A program made the position numbers and the translations under genes. A stretch of DNA of 64,000 bases from an uncultured Verrucomicrobiae bacterium (lineage in GTDB: Bacteria; Verrucomicrobiota; Verrucomicrobiia; Chthoniobacterales; Chthoniobacteraceae): NCBI GenBank assembly GCA_963828525.1, contig CAWHEP010000011.1:128001-192000 (forward strand). The letters are read 5' to 3'. A model generated the notes under the pieces. The model was not told the DNA's origin, made no database searches, and was given only the letters and a program-made list of their open reading frames with translations. Each line of letters opens with the position of its first letter. Position 1 is the first letter of the stretch. Of this stretch, positions 10,024 to 19,495 are shown in pieces.

Positions 10024-12000
10024 CTAGGCGGACTTATAGCAACTTGGGTAGTGGAAGACCCCAGCCTTGTAGTTGATGTACGTCGCCAACGCCAGAAGCG
10101 GCCAATTGTTCCGGTACATGTCATATTTCAGATAAAACACTTTTGGAAAGCCGGTGCCAGTCGTCTGAGGTTCTGACCACGAGCCGTCCTTATTCTGAGT
10201 GCGCAGAAGGTAATCGACTCCCTTTCGAATTCGCGGGCGGTCGATGTCATCGCAGGCGCACAAACCCATCAGCGCCCAAGCCGTTTGGGAAGGTGTGCTG
10301 TCCCCCTTACCCTTCAGGGAGGGATCATCGTAGGTGGCGCAAGTCTCACCCCATCCGCCGTCCTCGTTCTGACAGCTTTCGACCCAATCGCGCGCCCGCA
10401 ATATCCAATCCTCATTCATATTCAGCCCTATGGCGCGAAGCCCTCTCAACACCTGCCATGTCCCGTAGATGTAATTGACCCCCCAGCGCCCATACCACGA
10501 TCCATCATCCTCCTGGGTGGCCTTCAGGTAAGTGATCGCGTGGCGCACCCGGCGATCTTCACGATCAAAGCCGATATATCCGAGGAGTTCCAGCGTCCTC
10601 CCGGTGAGATCGCTGCACGTCGGGTCGAGGATCGCGTTGTGGTCGGCAAAAGGCACATCCTCGAGCCAATTTTTTGTCACTTCCTTGTCGAAGGCGCCCC
10701 AGCCTCCGTTGCGGCATTGGAAACTCAGAAGCCAGGAGAGCGCCCGCTCAAACATGCATTCCATCTCCGGGCTGCTGTCCGGGTTCATGAGGCGCAACGC
10801 CATCAAGACCATACCGGTATCATCCGTATCAGGATAGTATATATTGTTGAACTCGAATGCCCACCCGCTCGCTTCGGGATGTGGGTTCTTGTGCGTCCAG
10901 TCTCCCTTGAAACGGACCTCTTTTTTTATCAGCCATTCCGCAGCCTGCTTCACTTCCGGTTTATCCGGATTCATGCCGGATTCAACCAGAGCAATGAGGT
11001 TGATCGACGTGTCCCAGACCGGGGAAAGGCAGGGTTGAATCCGGAAATCCTCCGGATCATCTACAAAAAGCCCTTCGAAATCGTTCACAGCCTTCTTCAG
11101 GACAGGATTGTCGTCGCTATACCCAAGAACCTTCAGCGTGATAATCGAGTTCAGCATTGCGGGAAACACCGTCGCCAGCCCGTCCGACCCTTCGCCCATG
11201 CGTTCCACCATCCAGCATTCCGCTTTTTCCAGCGCCATTTGGCGCAACGGTTTCCAAGAGGAAGCTTCGTGGAGTTTCAGCATCGCGTCGCATCTCAGGA
11301 AGAAGTTACGCCACGTGAGTAATCGATGGTCATGGCGCAAGGTGAAATCGTTATGCTCGGTTCCTGCCGGGTAGAGTTCATGCAACTGCCGGTCAGCCGG
11401 CAAGTGCCGTGTGGGTTTGAAATGATTGATGATGGCGAGCGGCATCAGCATCGCGCGGCTCCAGGAGGACATCTCGTAGATGTTGAAAAAGAGCCAGTTT
11501 GGCAGGAGGACAAACTCCACCGGGATTGTCGGCAAATATTTCCATGGGAACTGCCCAAGCAGCGCGAGGTAGAGCTTCGCGTAGGTGTTCATCCGCGGGA
11601 TGCCGCCAAGCCGAAGAATCGTCGCGCGCGCCTCTTGCATCCAGGGGGCCTGTGGAGAGTGTCCAGCGAGCTTCAGCGCAAAGTAAGCCTTGATCGACGC
11701 GTTGATCTCCGTCGGCCCGCCGTGATAGATGTTCCAGCCGCCATCTTCCTGTTGCCTGGAGCGAATGTGCTGCACGCATTTTTCCTGCAGAACCTCATCG
11801 AGCTGCTCCGCCCAATGCATGTAGAGGATGTAATCGGCGCACAGGGTGCAATCGACCATCAGCTCGCCCGCCCAATAGCCTTCAGGATGCTGCAGCCTCA
11901 GGAGATTGTTCTGAGCCAGATGAATTGCTTCCTCGAGTCCCACTGGCATCGCCGCGGATTCGGTGGTGTTTTCAATCAATTCACGGTGCTGTTGGCGCAT
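10024..12000 (-). CDS. shc: Squalene-hopene cyclase
   Basis: YPDTDDT (DxDD), repeated QxxDGxW motifs, GTGFPKVFYLKY; start taken at MRQQH. Confidence 0.96.
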   Translation of the reverse strand: MRQQHRELIENTTESAAMPVGLEEAIHLAQNNLLRLQHPEGYWAGELMVDCTLCADYILYMHWAEQLDEVLQEKCVQHIRSRQQEDGGWNIYHGGPTEINASIKAYFALKLAGHSPQAPWMQEARATILRLGGIPRMNTYAKLYLALLGQFPWKYLPTIPVEFVLLPNWLFFNIYEMSSWSRAMLMPLAIINHFKPTRHLPADRQLHELYPAGTEHNDFTLRHDHRLLTWRNFFLRCDAMLKLHEASSWKPLRQMALEKAECWMVERMGEGSDGLATVFPAMLNSIITLKVLGYSDDNPVLKKAVNDFEGLFVDDPEDFRIQPCLSPVWDTSINLIALVESGMNPDKPEVKQAAEWLIKKEVRFKGDWTHKNPHPEASGWAFEFNNIYYPDTDDTGMVLMALRLMNPDSSPEMECMFERALSWLLSFQCRNGGWGAFDKEVTKNWLEDVPFADHNAILDPTCSDLTGRTLELLGYIGFDREDRRVRHAITYLKATQEDDGSWYGRWGVNYIYGTWQVLRGLRAIGLNMNEDWILRARDWVESCQNEDGGWGETCATYDDPSLKGKGDSTPSQTAWALMGLCACDDIDRPRIRKGVDYLLRTQNKDGSWSEPQTTGTGFPKVFYLKYDMYRNNWPLLALATYINYKAGVFHYPSCYKSA

Positions 12001-12101
12001 GTCTGGGTTCCTTGTAAACCCGGCTGATAGTAACAAGGCGTGTCGTTCTGTCAACTTTAGGGTTCACTGGCGGCCCGCCGAAACTTCACCGGGACGCGGA
12101 G

Positions 12102-13745
12102 TTACACCACTTCCCTGTAGAAGAAGGCCATGAACAGGCCCAGTCCTATGACGCCGCACGCCCAGAGGAGTCGCGCCGGGGGCATACGCACAAGATCACG
12201 AAGCACCAGCAGTCTGATCGTACCGGCAAGCAAACCGAATGTCCCCAGGATCGCATGCTGGACGTTGATGAGGTTCGTCAGATCGTCAGTCACTGTCAGG
12301 GTGGAATGCGCGTGCCCCAGCAAGAGGAGACTGCCAGCGATCATTATCACGGGCAGCGCGTATCCCAGCGGGCGGGAGCGCTCCGGGTTTTTCTGGTCCC
12401 TCCAACTTAACCACGCGAGCAGGAATACCATGGCTGCGCCGAGTTGATGTTCAAGCAGTTGCGGGTCACTGATGGCCTGTCGAAACGTTACCTGGTGGAG
12501 CCACCACACCTCGGGATCCGCCGCGATGCCGATGAAGAAGCCGAAGGGTATGAGGAGAAAGGGGTAAAGACGGCTTGCCCATTTGCCAGCGCGTCCCCCA
12601 ATCGCCTGCGCCAGCCAGCCCATTCCCATGAGGAAAACCATTACGCCCGACCAGTTGTGCGTAAACTCCGAGTATCGGAGATCGTCGATCTTTCGCGTTG
12701 CCGCGCCAACCCACTGATTAGGATCGGTGACTTCCGTGCGAGGTAAATGAGGCGAAAGCAGAGCTCGGGTTTGCGCGTCGGTAAGGCGAAGAGAGTTATC
12801 CCGGCCTGGGGGCGAGACGGAGGCGAGGATGCCAGCCACTGTGATCACGAGCACGCCCGCGGTTACCTCGAGCTCGAGAGTTCGGGAAAACCATTGCAAC
12901 GTTGAGATCCTCGTAGCTGGTGACTGCTTATTGCCGTCGAGAAGCAGGGGACGGATGTAACGGAAGTTCACGAAACCGGCGAAGACAGCGGGGAGTATCA
13001 GCGTAAGTTTTACCAGAAGCGTAAGCCCGTAAGCAGAGGTAAACAGCGCCGAAAAGTGGCCAACAAACCGGAAAGCGCCCAGCAGGCCCGTCAGCGCGAG
13101 CAGCGAGGTCATCGCCAGCGCGACTGGTGAAAACCGCCGCACCATTTCCGCCACGAGCGCCGTTCGCTCCGGCGTCGGCTCGCCTCTGATCATTTCGGCC
13201 CGCGCGAAGAAGAAGTGCAAAAGCACACCCATCCAGACGGCTCCCGCCGCGATGTGAGCGACCTGGGCGGTGACAGAAAGGAGCCGGTACGTTGGTTGCG
13301 CGGCCGCGTGGCTCACAAAGCTTGCCGCCACCACTGCGCTGGTTGCCAGAAATGCGGTCAGCCACCATTTCCACTGGCCCCTGATCCGCGCGGACGCCGC
13401 CGTGAGAAGGAGCAGACCCGCCTTGAGGAGCGAGAAGTTCCCGACTGCCGTGATGCCCGCGAAGCGTACTACCAGCGCGGGGTCTACACCTCCAAAAACA
13501 GTTTTCCCCTGCACCTCCGCGACTTGAACGAACATATCCGCAAACGTGGCGAACGTTCCGCAGCACGCGGCGTAAATTACCCAGCGCTCGGCGCTCTGTT
13601 CGAAGCGGGAAATGAAGGCATTTCCCCCGTGCGACAGTCGGAGGGTTCGGACTGCTGGTTGCAACAGCCAGAGCACGGCGAACGGGCCACCGAGGGTGAC
13701 GATCAGGCTCGTGAGAAGCAGCGCATGGAGGGCGGAGTGTTCCAC
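12102..13745 (-). CDS. copD: CopD-family copper membrane protein with an extra C-terminal His-containing TM domain
   Basis: SHAAA, HIAAGAVWMG, RRFS, SAYGLTLLVK CopD motifs; directly downstream of copC. Confidence 0.85.
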   Translation of the reverse strand: MEHSALHALLLTSLIVTLGGPFAVLWLLQPAVRTLRLSHGGNAFISRFEQSAERWVIYAACCGTFATFADMFVQVAEVQGKTVFGGVDPALVVRFAGITAVGNFSLLKAGLLLLTAASARIRGQWKWWLTAFLATSAVVAASFVSHAAAQPTYRLLSVTAQVAHIAAGAVWMGVLLHFFFARAEMIRGEPTPERTALVAEMVRRFSPVALAMTSLLALTGLLGAFRFVGHFSALFTSAYGLTLLVKLTLILPAVFAGFVNFRYIRPLLLDGNKQSPATRISTLQWFSRTLELEVTAGVLVITVAGILASVSPPGRDNSLRLTDAQTRALLSPHLPRTEVTDPNQWVGAATRKIDDLRYSEFTHNWSGVMVFLMGMGWLAQAIGGRAGKWASRLYPFLLIPFGFFIGIAADPEVWWLHQVTFRQAISDPQLLEHQLGAAMVFLLAWLSWRDQKNPERSRPLGYALPVIMIAGSLLLLGHAHSTLTVTDDLTNLINVQHAILGTFGLLAGTIRLLVLRDLVRMPPARLLWACGVIGLGLFMAFFYREVV

Positions 13746-14153
13746 TTACCTCGCGGCGCCCACGTGGAAGAAGAGCCTGCCGGGCGCGCTGTGGCCGTCC
13801 CGGGACAATACCCGCCAATCAACCACATAATCGCCGGCAGGGAGCGCGCCGAGTTTTGCGCTAAGGTGAGTCCGATCTTTCGGATCTACCGCAGGTTCGC
13901 CCTTTATCAGATTTGTGTGAGTCTTTGCTGTCAGTTCACTCGTGACAAACACGTCCACCGAGTTGAAACCCTCGTCCAGTAGTTCGTTGAACCACAGGTC
14001 GATCTGCGCTGGCGCCGAGGCAATTTGAGCGTTCCGCTCCGGGTTCGAACGGATCATTCGCGCGTGCGCGAACGCCCCGGGAGAAAGAACGGCGAGAAAA
14101 ATGAGCGCCAGAAAGGAGGCGCGCATGGTCGTGGAGATGGGTGCTGTCTTCAT
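13746..14153 (-). CDS. copC: CopC periplasmic copper-binding protein
   Basis: Signal peptide AFA then HARMIRSNP; YVVDWRVLSRDGH. Confidence 0.93.
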   Translation of the reverse strand: MKTAPISTTMRASFLALIFLAVLSPGAFAHARMIRSNPERNAQIASAPAQIDLWFNELLDEGFNSVDVFVTSELTAKTHTNLIKGEPAVDPKDRTHLSAKLGALPAGDYVVDWRVLSRDGHSAPGRLFFHVGAAR

Positions 14154-14216
14154 CGCGCCTCTGTATCAAAGGCAGCGGTGGTTTAAAAGTCCGAAAGGCA
14201 GCGGCGCGCCAATGGA

Positions 14217-14372
14217 CTAGGCTTCCGGCTTTGTCTTCCGGAGACCTATCACATTGTCACCCGGCTTGAACTGCCCGCGCTTTTTCAACAATTCCACCCG
14301 CTCAAAGCGCTTGAGGACGTTGCGTTTCGCTGCGATCTGGCTGGCGCCCTTAAGGCTTCTGTGCTGTGACAT
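14217..14372 (-). CDS. PVC-superphylum small basic signature protein (TIGR04137-like), 51 aa; absent from the ORF track
   Basis: Hand translation: MSQHRSLKGASQIAAKRNVLKRFERVELLKKRGQFKPGDNVIGLRKTKPEA; MSxHxSL...RNVLKRxER...GLxK signature. Confidence 0.88.
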   Translation of the reverse strand: MSQHRSLKGASQIAAKRNVLKRFERVELLKKRGQFKPGDNVIGLRKTKPEA

Positions 14373-14467
14373 ATGGTTGGAAAAGGAGCGAGACTATAGA
14401 CGGAGTGGCGCCTCCTGCAACTAGTTTCCTCCCAATCTTCGGAAGGCTCGGTCTAGGCTTGGCCCTG

Positions 14468-15022
14468 CTAAATCATTCCCAGCTTCATCTTGCCGGCTTC
14501 GCTGATCATATTTGGATTCCAAGGCGGATCCCAAACCAACTCGACTTCCGCGTCCGACACTCCTGGGACCGTCAGTAATTTGCCTCTGGCCTCGGCTGCG
14601 AGCGTCGGCCCCATTCCGCAACCGGGGGCGGTCAAAGTCATTTTCACGTCCACTTTTGAACCAACCGACGCGGCGTCAGAACTGATGCGGCAATCATAGA
14701 CAAGCCCAAGATCCACAATATTTACCGGTATTTCCGGATCGTAGCAGGTTTTTAATTGATCCCAGAGGGCTTTTTCGCTGACAGGTCCCTCTTCGCCCGA
14801 TCTCGCGGCATCCGCTGGTTTCGGGGCAGGCGTAAGACCGAGAGCATCGGCGTTTTCGTCGTTTATCCGAACCAAACCCCAATCTGTGCGAACCGTGTAG
14901 CTGCCGCCCAACGACTGGGTAATGGTTACCCGGGTTCCGGCGGGGATCACCGAAGGCATCCCGCTTGGGATCTGAACGGCGTCGCAGTCTCTGCCAAGTA
15001 TCACTTCGGAGTTCGTTTGCAT
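14468..15022 (-). CDS. sufT: Fe-S assembly protein SufT (DUF59)
   Basis: ITQSLGGSYTV, CYDPEIPVNIVDLGLVY, MTLTAPGCGMG, VWDPPW. Confidence 0.93.
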   Translation of the reverse strand: MQTNSEVILGRDCDAVQIPSGMPSVIPAGTRVTITQSLGGSYTVRTDWGLVRINDENADALGLTPAPKPADAARSGEEGPVSEKALWDQLKTCYDPEIPVNIVDLGLVYDCRISSDAASVGSKVDVKMTLTAPGCGMGPTLAAEARGKLLTVPGVSDAEVELVWDPPWNPNMISEAGKMKLGMI

Positions 15023-15023
15023 A

Positions 15024-15521
15024 TTAGGATTGGACAGGTTCGTTTTGGATGATCTTTATGCGCTTCTCCTGAGTGGTAGGGGCGCGGAATTGCTCGATGA
15101 GGCCTTTCGGCGCATCCGCCGATGCAACCGCCGGGGGTGGCGCGCCATCCTGGAGAAGCGCGGATCGCAGCGCGCTTTCGACGAGCTGAGCGCAATGTAT
15201 TTTCATTGGCGGCAGAGGCCCCAATCTCGAAGACAAATCCTGCCCGGACATGGATAGCGCCTCATCAACGGTCTTGCCGGCGATCAGTTCCGTCGCGACA
15301 CTCGCCACCGCAATCGCAGTCTCGCATCCGAAAGTTTGGAAGGTCGCTCGATCAATGACTTTTACGCCGTCACGATCCTTGAACTTCACCCACATGCGCA
15401 GCATATCTCCACAGTCCGCGCTGCCAACCGTGCCTATGGCGTCGGCACCCTCCATTTCACCAAGGTTTTTGGGGTTGCGGACGGCTTCTTCAATCCGATT
15501 CTGAAGTTCATTTTGTGCCAT
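15024..15521 (-). CDS. iscU: IscU/NifU-N-type Fe-S scaffold
   Basis: NPKNLG, CGD, FQTFGC, LPPMKIHC (three Cys). Confidence 0.88.
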   Translation of the reverse strand: MAQNELQNRIEEAVRNPKNLGEMEGADAIGTVGSADCGDMLRMWVKFKDRDGVKVIDRATFQTFGCETAIAVASVATELIAGKTVDEALSMSGQDLSSRLGPLPPMKIHCAQLVESALRSALLQDGAPPPAVASADAPKGLIEQFRAPTTQEKRIKIIQNEPVQS

Positions 15522-15524
15522 GGC

Positions 15525-16070
15525 TTACTCCAGCGTGTAGCGGGGGATGGAGGGATCGACTTCAGCGCTCCACGCGTCCACCCCACCCAAAAGGCTCCTG
15601 ATGTTCGTAAAGCCGTGTCCCGCGAAATAAGCAGTGGCATCCATGCTGCGCGCGCCTTGATGATCTATCATCACTACTGCTTCGTCCCGGTTCCATAGGG
15701 AAAGCATCTCGCGCATCAATTCCTGCGTGAAAAGGAGAGATCCTTCGATGCGAGCGGAGTCAAATTCCTCGCGCGTCCTGATATCGACGAGCTTTACGGT
15801 TGCGGTCTCCATCTCCCGAGCAAGATCAGATACGGTCACCTGAGTCTTTAGGTCCTCATCCTGGCTTTTCCGCAGATATTCAATGACTTCAGTTACGGGT
15901 AGATCGTCGTTTCTGGCGCACACGCCGCCGAGAGTTTCCTCGGGCTTGAAACCGCAACTGCTGCACCCGCCAATATGATACTTCTTGAAAAGCGCCCGCT
16001 GCGCCCCGGGATAAACCTCGAGCAGATCACGCATGGTGATGTCCGGCCCTATGGAGATCGTTTGAGTCAT
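15525..16070 (-). CDS. CxxC (DUF1858-like) domain fused to a rhodanese-like domain
   Basis: IGGCSSCGF; LVDIRTREEF...SLLGGVDAWSAEVDPSIPRY rhodanese signature. Confidence 0.8.
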   Translation of the reverse strand: MTQTISIGPDITMRDLLEVYPGAQRALFKKYHIGGCSSCGFKPEETLGGVCARNDDLPVTEVIEYLRKSQDEDLKTQVTVSDLAREMETATVKLVDIRTREEFDSARIEGSLLFTQELMREMLSLWNRDEAVVMIDHQGARSMDATAYFAGHGFTNIRSLLGGVDAWSAEVDPSIPRYTLE

Positions 16071-16143
16071 GAGTGGTTAAGCTAACTCTTGAGTCGCGCA
16101 AACACAAACCGCGAAGTCGGCGGATTGCGCTCTCAGGCCCGGC

Positions 16144-16875
16144 TCAGGGGATGATGATTGTAACACCTGGCTTCAACTTCGCTTTATGACCGAGCCTGTT
16201 GAAATTCGCGTCCTCGATGTCCTTCCACCTCGAGGATGTCTTGTAGAAGCGGCGTGAAATGGCGGCAAGGGTATCGCCAGGCCGGATGACGTAGGTCCGG
16301 CTGCCCGGAGGCAGGGGCTTTGTCGCGTCACCTTGCGACGGAGACGCTCGGGCTGTTTCGCGCATCTCCTTTAGCTCTGCATGCAACTCCGCGTCCTGCT
16401 TTCGAAGCGTGAGGTCTTCGTTCTTGATCCGCGCGGCTTCTTTTTGAGAAAGAGTGCCCCCCGCGAAAGACGCGAGGAGTTTCGCCTGCGTTTCCGCGAT
16501 GTATGCCTTCGCCTCTTTCGCGTGAGCGCCATCACTGGCAAGTTCCAGATAGCGCTGAAAGTGATATATGGCGCCGACGCTGTCATTCAGCTTCTCGTCG
16601 CACAGGCGGGCGAGCCGGAAATGAATCTCCGCGGCTTTGGAGGGGTCGTCCAGAGCCGCTTCGTACGAGGAGAGCGCGGCGCGGTAATCTCCAGCGGCGG
16701 CCTGCTTCTCGGCCTGTTGAGAGGAACGACCCGCGTGGCTCTGAAGCCAGTCATCACACCCCGCGAGGGAGATAACCGTCACGAGAATGACGCAAGCGGC
16801 GCGAAAGAGGGTCTTGGCGACCAGGATGCTTGATCCGCGCTTCGCCGGCAGCGCGTCCCAACCGTGCTCGCTCAC
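16144..16875 (-). CDS. TPR- and LysM-domain lipoprotein
   Basis: LAGC lipobox, TPR-like helices, C-terminal YVIRPGDTLAAIS LysM. Confidence 0.82.
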   Translation of the reverse strand: MSEHGWDALPAKRGSSILVAKTLFRAACVILVTVISLAGCDDWLQSHAGRSSQQAEKQAAAGDYRAALSSYEAALDDPSKAAEIHFRLARLCDEKLNDSVGAIYHFQRYLELASDGAHAKEAKAYIAETQAKLLASFAGGTLSQKEAARIKNEDLTLRKQDAELHAELKEMRETARASPSQGDATKPLPPGSRTYVIRPGDTLAAISRRFYKTSSRWKDIEDANFNRLGHKAKLKPGVTIIIP

Positions 16876-17624
16876 TTCAGTCGAAGCTTTTCAAGTCTCT
16901 CGACGACGGTTTTCAGCACTTTCACTCGCGCATGCCATTTATAATTCGCGGCGATTATGCTCCAGGGTGCTTCTTCAGTGTCCGTGCGCTCGAACATCTG
17001 TTCCGCCGCATGGTTGTGCTCATCCCACTTCTTCCGGTTGCGCCAGTCCTCATCGCTAATCTTCCAATATTTATAGGGATCCGCTTCGCGTCTGCGGAAT
17101 CTGGCGAGTTGCTCATCCTTGCTCACATGGAGATAGAATTTGAAGAGAATCGCGTTGCCATCAACCAGCAGTTTTTCGAACTGCCGGATTTCCGTGAACG
17201 CTCGCTTCCACTCCGGTTCGGTTGCGAACCCCTCCACTCTCTCCACGAGGACGCGGCCATACCAGGAGCGATCGAAGATCGCCGTCTGGCCAAACGGCGG
17301 GAGCTTGTTCCAAAAGCGCCACATATAATGATGCTGATATTCCTCCGCTGTGGGCTTGATGACGGAATATACCCGCACCATTCGAGGGTCGAGGCGTTCC
17401 ACCAGACGCTTGATGCACCCTCCTTTGCCTGCCGCGTCCGGGCCTTCAAATACGACGAGGAGGGAGTGCTTCGTCTCGACGAGCTTGCGTTGTAGATTGA
17501 GGAACCGAAGCTGGAGATCTTTCAGCTTCTGTTTGTAGTCCGATTCCTCGATCTGCTTGTGCTCCAGATCGTCCAGGTGAAACGCCTTTTTCTCGACGTT
17601 GAGTTCCTTTTCGGTGCCTGCCAT
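16872..17624 (-). CDS. ppk2: Polyphosphate kinase 2 family (class II-like)
   Basis: FEGPDAAGKGG Walker A, FDRSWYGRVLVERVEG; start taken at MAGTEK. Confidence 0.92.
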   Translation of the reverse strand: MAGTEKELNVEKKAFHLDDLEHKQIEESDYKQKLKDLQLRFLNLQRKLVETKHSLLVVFEGPDAAGKGGCIKRLVERLDPRMVRVYSVIKPTAEEYQHHYMWRFWNKLPPFGQTAIFDRSWYGRVLVERVEGFATEPEWKRAFTEIRQFEKLLVDGNAILFKFYLHVSKDEQLARFRRREADPYKYWKISDEDWRNRKKWDEHNHAAEQMFERTDTEEAPWSIIAANYKWHARVKVLKTVVERLEKLRLK

Positions 17625-17712
17625 CGTGTGCAATAGCCTTAGGTTGCGACCGTCAGGTTGTCCAAGAGATTCGGTTGGCGCGCTATCGAGGGGATCGGAA
17701 CCATCCCGAGCA

Positions 17713-18597
17713 TTACTTCGCGGGAGGTATATCCGAATAGCCCGGGCACGCTTTTGTGATGTTCGGCGTCGCATCCGCGCTGACCATCCCGAGCGCCCAT
17801 TTGATCCCGCCAATCAGCAGCTTTTGGAATGCGGGATTCGTCCATATATCGTCGCGGTGCCCCATGGCTGTGTAGAAAACGCGCCCCGCTCCATAGTTGT
17901 GAATCCACGTATCGGGGTAAGAGCGGCGTTGGTACATGTTGCCTGCCATTCCATCTGTTACCTGGCTGTAAATCACGTGCAGGTCTGGCGCGAAGTTTTT
18001 CAGGGAATACCATTCCTCCAGGAGATCCAGCCCATTCTTTCCTTCTTCGACTCCGGGGAACGCGGGGTCGGCGCAGATCAGCTTCGACTTCTGCTGCTTG
18101 CCATGGTGGATGAATTCTCCTCCCAGCATTGCCAAATAGGGGTCGAGATCGCTCGGGTTGGCCTGGTAGCGCTCGCCGGGGCTATGGAACGTGTCGGTCG
18201 CGCTATGCACCCCCACAAAGCCTTTGCCTTTCTTGATCGCGTCCAGCAGCGCAGCCTTCCCTTCCACCGGCATGGGTGGTTGATTGTCTCCGCCGGGCTT
18301 CGTGAGGTCTCCCGTCGTGTAAAACACGAAGCAGTCATACTTCGCGATGTTCTCCGGGGTAAACAGCCCGCCGTCCTTGGAAAAGGTGAACTCAATGCCC
18401 TCCGCGTGTCCAAGCGGCTTCAGAATGTTCTCGGCGTAACTTGGCTGCCCAGCTTTTTGTTTGATGACCGAGTGCTCAAAAGCCTGCGATCTCGAAAAGA
18501 AAAGAACGTGGCGCGGTGGGCCGTCGAGCGCGGCAGCGGGGGCCGGCTTTACAGCGGCTGAGAGGAAAAGCGCCAGGAGGAGGGAGGGTAGTTTCAT
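17713..18597 (-). CDS. Secreted ThuA-like domain protein
   Basis: Signal peptide, FEHS, GFVGVHSATDT, GRVFYTAMGH. Confidence 0.88.
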   Translation of the reverse strand: MKLPSLLLALFLSAAVKPAPAAALDGPPRHVLFFSRSQAFEHSVIKQKAGQPSYAENILKPLGHAEGIEFTFSKDGGLFTPENIAKYDCFVFYTTGDLTKPGGDNQPPMPVEGKAALLDAIKKGKGFVGVHSATDTFHSPGERYQANPSDLDPYLAMLGGEFIHHGKQQKSKLICADPAFPGVEEGKNGLDLLEEWYSLKNFAPDLHVIYSQVTDGMAGNMYQRRSYPDTWIHNYGAGRVFYTAMGHRDDIWTNPAFQKLLIGGIKWALGMVSADATPNITKACPGYSDIPPAK

Positions 18598-18676
18598 CGG
18601 TTCTTTCTAGCGACCGGCCAACCCTTTTGGCAAGCTCGACGCGGAAGCCCTCCTGCTGTTTGGATGCTTCCAACAA

Positions 18677-19453
18677 ATGTCGCCCGCGAAACCCTCCTCT
18701 CCCCCCGCGCTGGTTGCCTCCATCCACGATGTGTCGCCGCTTACACGGCCCTTGGTGGAACTCATGATGGCCAGCCTGAGCGCGTCTGGCATTCAGCGTC
18801 TCTCGCTGCTAGTGATACCGGATCATCATCACCGCGGGCATTTTCTCAAGGATGCTTCTTTTTGTGAATGGCTCCTGGCGCTGCGGGACGCGGGTCACGA
18901 GATAATCATTCACGGCTACCATCACTGGCGTGACCGCCGAACATCTGAAAGCGCCGCCGCCAGGTTTGTAACCCGCATATACACCGCGGATGAAGGTGAG
19001 TTCTTCGATATCGACAGGGAAAATGCCCGGCAGTTGCTTGCGAGGGCCCGCGAAGAATTCCAGAGCATCGGTCTGAACCCGACGGGCTTTATCGCTCCTG
19101 CCTGGCTCCTCAGCCAGGCCGCGGAAGACGCTCTGCGAGACCTGGGCATCGCCTACACGACCAGGCTGGGATCCGTGTTGGATCTTCGCAATGGCCGCGC
19201 TCATCGCTCCCAGTCCCTCGTTTACAGCGTTCGGACCGGCCCTCGCCGGGCGGCGAGCTTGTTCTGGAATGCTTTCCTGTTCCGAAGGCTGGCAGACGCT
19301 CCACTCCTCAGAATAGGCGCTCATCCTCCCGACTTCTCTTGTCCGGCGATATGGCGGCAGATTACCCGCATCGTTGGTCTCGCCCTTGAACAACGGGCCT
19401 CTTTGACTTATCAAGGCTGGCTCTCCACTTGCGCGCCTCCGCCGGTTACCTGA
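18677..19453 (+). CDS. Polysaccharide deacetylase-like protein (DUF2334)
   Basis: SIHDVSP, HGYHH, EGEF, GFIAPAWL, RIGAHPPD. Confidence 0.85.
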   Translation: MSPAKPSSPPALVASIHDVSPLTRPLVELMMASLSASGIQRLSLLVIPDHHHRGHFLKDASFCEWLLALRDAGHEIIIHGYHHWRDRRTSESAAARFVTRIYTADEGEFFDIDRENARQLLARAREEFQSIGLNPTGFIAPAWLLSQAAEDALRDLGIAYTTRLGSVLDLRNGRAHRSQSLVYSVRTGPRRAASLFWNAFLFRRLADAPLLRIGAHPPDFSCPAIWRQITRIVGLALEQRASLTYQGWLSTCAPPPVT

Positions 19454-19495
19454 CCCTCGGGCAGGTTCATCTTCCGGCTTCTTCCCACACCCCTC

